NCBI GenBank assembly: GCA_047495785.1
Contig: JBLDXI010000013.1
Coordinates: forward strand, 4,030,001-4,094,000
DNA length: 64,000 nt
From: Lepidodermella squamata
Lineage: Eukaryota; Animalia; Gastrotricha
Direction: 5' to 3'
Shown piece after piece: positions 59,645-64,000 of this stretch. The translations under genes were made by a program, and so were the position numbers. Below the pieces are notes generated by a model, which saw only the letters and a program-made list of their open reading frames with translations, was not told the origin of the DNA and ran no database searches. Within the stretch, counting starts at the first letter, position 1; every line of letters starts with the position of its first letter.

Positions 59645-60756
59645 TGTAAGAGCCTGAAGTGGCTTCTAAAAGGTAACAATCTACGTTAATAATTATGATA
59701 AGTATATGATTTAGGAGATGAAGCAAAATTCAAAAAGATTAGATATTATCCACAATGAAGCAATATTGTGCCATTCTGTAGATAAATGAAGCTTGCGGGT
59801 CAATCTGTAGATTAACATAAGAAGATAATACATATTACCCCAATATCGCTTTGCTTTGGCCTAAGGCGACGTGGTAACAAGTAACAATAACTTCGGGCTT
59901 CGGACTTCGGGATTTCTGTCGCCTGGTTCAGTATTCCTTCTCCCTAATCAGTCCCAATGCCATAAATTACACAAACTGAGTAGATGCGCAGTGCGCTAAA
60001 GGATGAAAACACTCAGATAGTAGCAGATAACAGAAATGTCAGGAGTGTCGATTAGTTTCCGCATCTCCTCAACTTTCAACTCCGATAAAGAAGCAAAACA
60101 AAAAACAAACAGTGCTTTGGATGACTGAAGATACCGATAAGCATGGGCTACCATCGATCAACGCTTCACGAATCATGATTTCGGCGGGTCTTCGCTGAAT
60201 CTGAGAACAAGGCCAAACAACTAACCAGGCTGGCTGAAAGGAGGTCGTAGCCGCAAAAGAACCCGAACGAAACCTGGGATTTTTCATTTTTGCAAACAAA
60301 TCTTGCGCGCTTCGATTTCAAATTTTTAACTTGTAAATAATTTTAGAGTGAATTTGCAAAACTAGTAAGCGTGAAGATTTGCGCAATTTGAATTAATAAA
60401 ATTGCGCGGCTGGTCGTTTATTAGTACCGCGATTGGTTTTTTGGCACTCGACGATCGGTTTGTCGGCTTTCGGCTATGTCGGCTTGGTTCTTTGTCCTTT
60501 GTCATCACTTAATCTCTTCGAAAATTAGATTGTCCTCTTAATCGCGCAAATTCTTGTGGTTTTGAAGTTTTCATTCGTCTCTCGGATCTCGGAAAATCAT
60601 TCGAGATGAGATGATGGAATACACCATCACTTATGGGAACAAGTTTTATTATCGTGCTTTGTATCTGCAAATTCATATGATGCATGAAGTCTGAGGATTT
60701 GGATGTATGTGTGAGCTCTGCAAGCCTAACTCTTTGCTGCTTTCTTTAGGGATTAA

Positions 60757-62580
60757 ATGGACGGATTTTCAAAGGAGTTTGTTAGAGCATGCGCAGATGA
60801 GCTTGGCATTCAAAATCTAGACGACGATAGCCTGAAATGCATAACAGACGATCTCTCTTTCAAAACAAGCTTGATGCTCTACGTAAGTCTCTATTTCACG
60901 TTCAATTCTGTCGAAATTACGCGATATTATTCCTCAGCAAGCGGTTAAACTGATGCGATGCTGCAAACGGAAGCGTTTGATATCGGCCGATGTCGAAGGC
61001 GCCATGAAACTGTATAACGTTCAAGTTGGTTTCTCTTTTGCGCAAATTTCCTCTGAACTATATTTTCAATCCTTTTAGCCTACTTATGGCTTCCATGGCA
61101 AAGATTGGATTCCGTTTCGTCGATCAGGCACGACTAGTGCTGGTCGAGATATTATCACAATGGATGATAAAGATATTGATCTCGACGATTACGTTGCTCA
61201 AGAAGTTCCTAAATTGCCGCCTAACGTATCGCTCAAGGCACATTGGCTTTCAATTAACGGCATTCAACCTCGCATACCCGAAAATCCCCAACCGCTATCG
61301 GAAGATAGCGAAATTACAATGGCTGTACCCTCACGTGTCATCCAAGAGGCTCGCAGCATGTCATTTGCTGATGTCACAGTGGTAGGTGCTAAACTATTTA
61401 TGTCAATGCGTTGTTCTAGAACTAATTTATTACACAGGAGCAACAAGTTTACTTCAAAGAAGCGACTGAAGCGTGCGTGTGCGCGGAAGAAAATCGCCGT
61501 AAAGAAGCTCTTGCCAGTTTGTCGCAAGATCCCGGCCTTCAACCACTTGTACCTCGTTTAGTAGCTTTCCTAAGCGAAGGCGTTAAGCTGAATGTTGCTC
61601 AACAAAACTACGTTCAGCTGATTTATTTAATGCGAATGTTGCGCAGTGTTGTCGAAAACCCAAACTTATCCGTCGACACTTATGTTCACGAATTATTACC
61701 AGCCTGTGCATCTTGTTGTATGTCGAGACAATTATGCGCAAGACCGAAGGAGGATAATCACTGGGCGTTACGAACATTTGCTGCCCGTCAATTAGCATTC
61801 TTAGTTCGGAAATACACGACTGAAACAAATCAAGTTCATTCTCGCATTGTTAAACTAGCAGTCCGGGTTCTTCAAGATCAAAACTCAGCCTTGGTTTCGT
61901 GTTTTGGTGCCATCGCAATTTTAGGCGAACTCGGCGAAGAAGTGGTGCGATCGTCCGTTCTACCTTATCTGCGCACATTCGGCGACCGTGTTCGTCAAAT
62001 CGAAGAAGCTAGCCATCACACAAACCCGTTGGAATTGATGACGATTAAAAAGATTAACGAGCAAGTGCAGTTGGTGGCAAGTCCTGCTGTGAAAAACATT
62101 ACTCAACCACCGGATCACATGAGTGAATATCAGTCGAAATTTGGCTATTTCGGCCACATTATACTGCAGGGAGTTGTTAAGGAGCGACAGGCTCATCCCA
62201 CCCCGGTTTCAGCGGTGACTGTGACACCATACGCCCAGCAATTACAGCAATATCAAACTCAAAAGCAGCAAGTTCAAAGGCGGCAATCGACGGCTTCGAC
62301 TCCACAAGTGGTCACGCCGCAACAGCCTAGAATGTTAACACCTATGGCTGGGGTAAAAACTGAACCTGGCACCCCGGTTTACGGACTACCGGCCCGGTCG
62401 CCTGGCCCGGCTCAGTTAGGACCTGGTACGCCTGGTATGGTGATGGGAGCGGCGAGGATGCATAATTTAGGTGCTAGGCCAGTTGTTCAGTCGATGACCC
62501 CGGCGAGTAGCCCTGGTCCGCAACCGAACTCACAAATCACAGTACGAATTTTGGGCCAACAGCCCCCGGCGAGACAGTAG
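60757..62580 (+). CDS. TAF6: TFIID subunit 6. Exons 60757-60882, 60938-61024, 61079-61381, 61438-62580
   Basis: Histone-fold N-terminus (QAVKLM..KRKRL..DV), PTYGF, LKAHWLSINGIQPRIPENP, EQQVYFKEATEACV, ALASLSQDPGL, YVHELLP and NHWALR. Confidence 0.95.
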
Positions 62581-63707
62581 TCGCCGATAAAATTCTCAAG
62601 ATTCCGGTGCGATGTTAATTGCCATCTCCATTGTAGAGCTCGACTACCGTGTCGTAAACAACTCGAGCGCGCACAGTAGTATCTCTCACTTGACACAAAT
62701 TACTGCGGCCACGCTAAAAACCCTCGCTATGTTTACGCAATGTGACTGACATGAATCACTTGGCTGTGTAACTTGTCGTGAAACTACTGCCGTCTTTATC
62801 ATTATTAATATTATATAGGTAATATAGCCACAAAATACACAAAACAAAGCTTAGAGAAATGATTTAGCGCACGCTCGTGTCGGAAGCGGCTACTTCTACT
62901 TCCTGTGCTGAAAAAATGCTATATTATCTGACATTCCTTCGGTTGGTTTTGTGCATTTTGTGCGCTCGCTCAATTCTTTACAGAACGCGGAAATATTATA
63001 CTACATTCTTATTCTACATAAATTTCACCCGATGAAAATTAACGCTGCCTTTTTATTTTATTATCGTTGTTTAATTGCGTCTTTTTTATTATTATTAGGT
63101 TTTCTTTTTATCATGTTTTAACATTTCTGGGACCAAAAATAGCGTCAGGAGAACGGCGTCGTTTTCAGGTTAGTTTTTAATTGCTCATTAATGACCCGGA
63201 GAAAACTTTTGAGGGACATTTTGTAATTTTTTAAGATGGTCTCAAATTTTTTAATTTTATTTATTTTTTGGCTTTACCATCGTGAAAATTATCAAATAAC
63301 CCAATGTTTTTCCGTTTAAAATTTCAAAACCTTTTAGCCATTATTTAGGAATCGATTAAAATATGAAATATTCATGCCGTTTTTGCTACGTTAATCACAT
63401 TATTTCTATATTAGGATGTTTAATTTGATTAAAACGTACGTTTTAAATATCGAATAAATTGACCTTTATTTTCCCATTTTTTCTAAAAATTTCATAATTA
63501 AGATTTGATGTCTGCGAAAATCTAACATATTTTTTATTCTAGGTTTCGATTTTTGTGTTATCAATCGTGATAACCTGGCCTCTCTAACGCGCCGCCATTT
63601 TTTATACGAAACAATTGCTCAACCTATAATCCTCCGTCTTTCCCGCAACTCGTCGTCCTTCCTCAGTTATACCAAATATTATAGCTGTTGTAACCAATTC
63701 ATCGACT

Positions 63708-64000
63708 ATGGTAACGTCGGTCACACCGCCGTCGCCGTGTAAGCCGTCGAACGAATCGAAGAACTGCCTCGAGAAGTCCGCCTCAGACGAAGACCTAGCC
63801 GCTGCCTTGAAGGAATCGTCCAATTCTAACGCGCTGGTCAACGTCGCCCTACGCCCAACTACTATCCTATTTCATTTGCTGAGAAATCACCAATCGAACA
63901 ATATCGCATCGCCGACTTATCCGTCGTCTCCCGCCAAGAAAGGCTTTGTCGAGAGAATGTTTGGCCGGCGTAAATCTGTTACGTTGAACGAGTCTGATCC
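63708..64000 (+). CDS. 5' part of an unknown Ser/Pro-rich gene, running off the window
   Basis: ATG at 63708 is open to the window end (MVTSVTPPSP...KGFVERMFGRRKSV); an upstream 5'UTR intron is likely (donor 63169, acceptor 63542). Confidence 0.5.
   Translation, partial: MVTSVTPPSPCKPSNESKNCLEKSASDEDLAAALKESSNSNALVNVALRPTTILFHLLRNHQSNNIASPTYPSSPAKKGFVERMFGRRKSVTLNESD

Noticed and set aside
1-64000. tRNA, rRNA, SL RNA/snRNA genes, CRISPR arrays and prokaryotic operons or defence systems
   Set aside because: None is recognisable. The sequence is intron-containing animal DNA, and Sm-site-like AATTTTTG words occur without supporting structure.

Overview
Eukaryotic (invertebrate animal) genomic DNA from a compact genome with mostly 50-65 bp AT-rich GT-AG introns, so the ORF track shows exon fragments. 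I rebuilt about 20 spliced genes by hand. From left to right: two tandem Na+/K+-ATPase beta-subunit-like genes (+); TRAP1/mitochondrial Hsp90 (-), whose two large introns hold hAT, copia, Ty3/gypsy and LINE debris; four tandem VIT+vWA (VWA5A-like) genes (-); three intronless MIF/DDT-family genes (-); an orphan acidic 529-aa ORF followed by a zf-CW+PWWP (ZCWPW1/2-like) gene (+); a third Na/K beta-like gene (-); a secreted His-repeat/chitin-binding-like/LamG (Pif-like) gene (+); a ~5.5 kb non-coding stretch; a PLEKHG4/puratrophin-like RhoGEF (+); a Cys-rich secreted orphan (-); an SDHD pseudogene, GTF2F2 and SDHD (-); TAF6 (+); and a truncated ORF at the right edge. Two observations stand out. 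(1) A ~1000-aa predicted protein fuses a signal peptide, lectin-like/jacalin-like domains and a Thr-rich mucin stalk to a complete Cys-loop ligand-gated ion channel. It is nested antisense in a 5.1 kb intron found in only one of the four VWA5A paralogs. (2) A junction signature recurs between co-oriented genes: A(A/T)TAAA, 17-38 nt, an unpaired pyrimidine-rich AG acceptor, then the next ATG. This points to polycistronic operons resolved by SL trans-splicing, including a possible ~27 kb VWA5A x4-TRAP1 unit. All assignments come from motif recognition by eye; no database searches were run.
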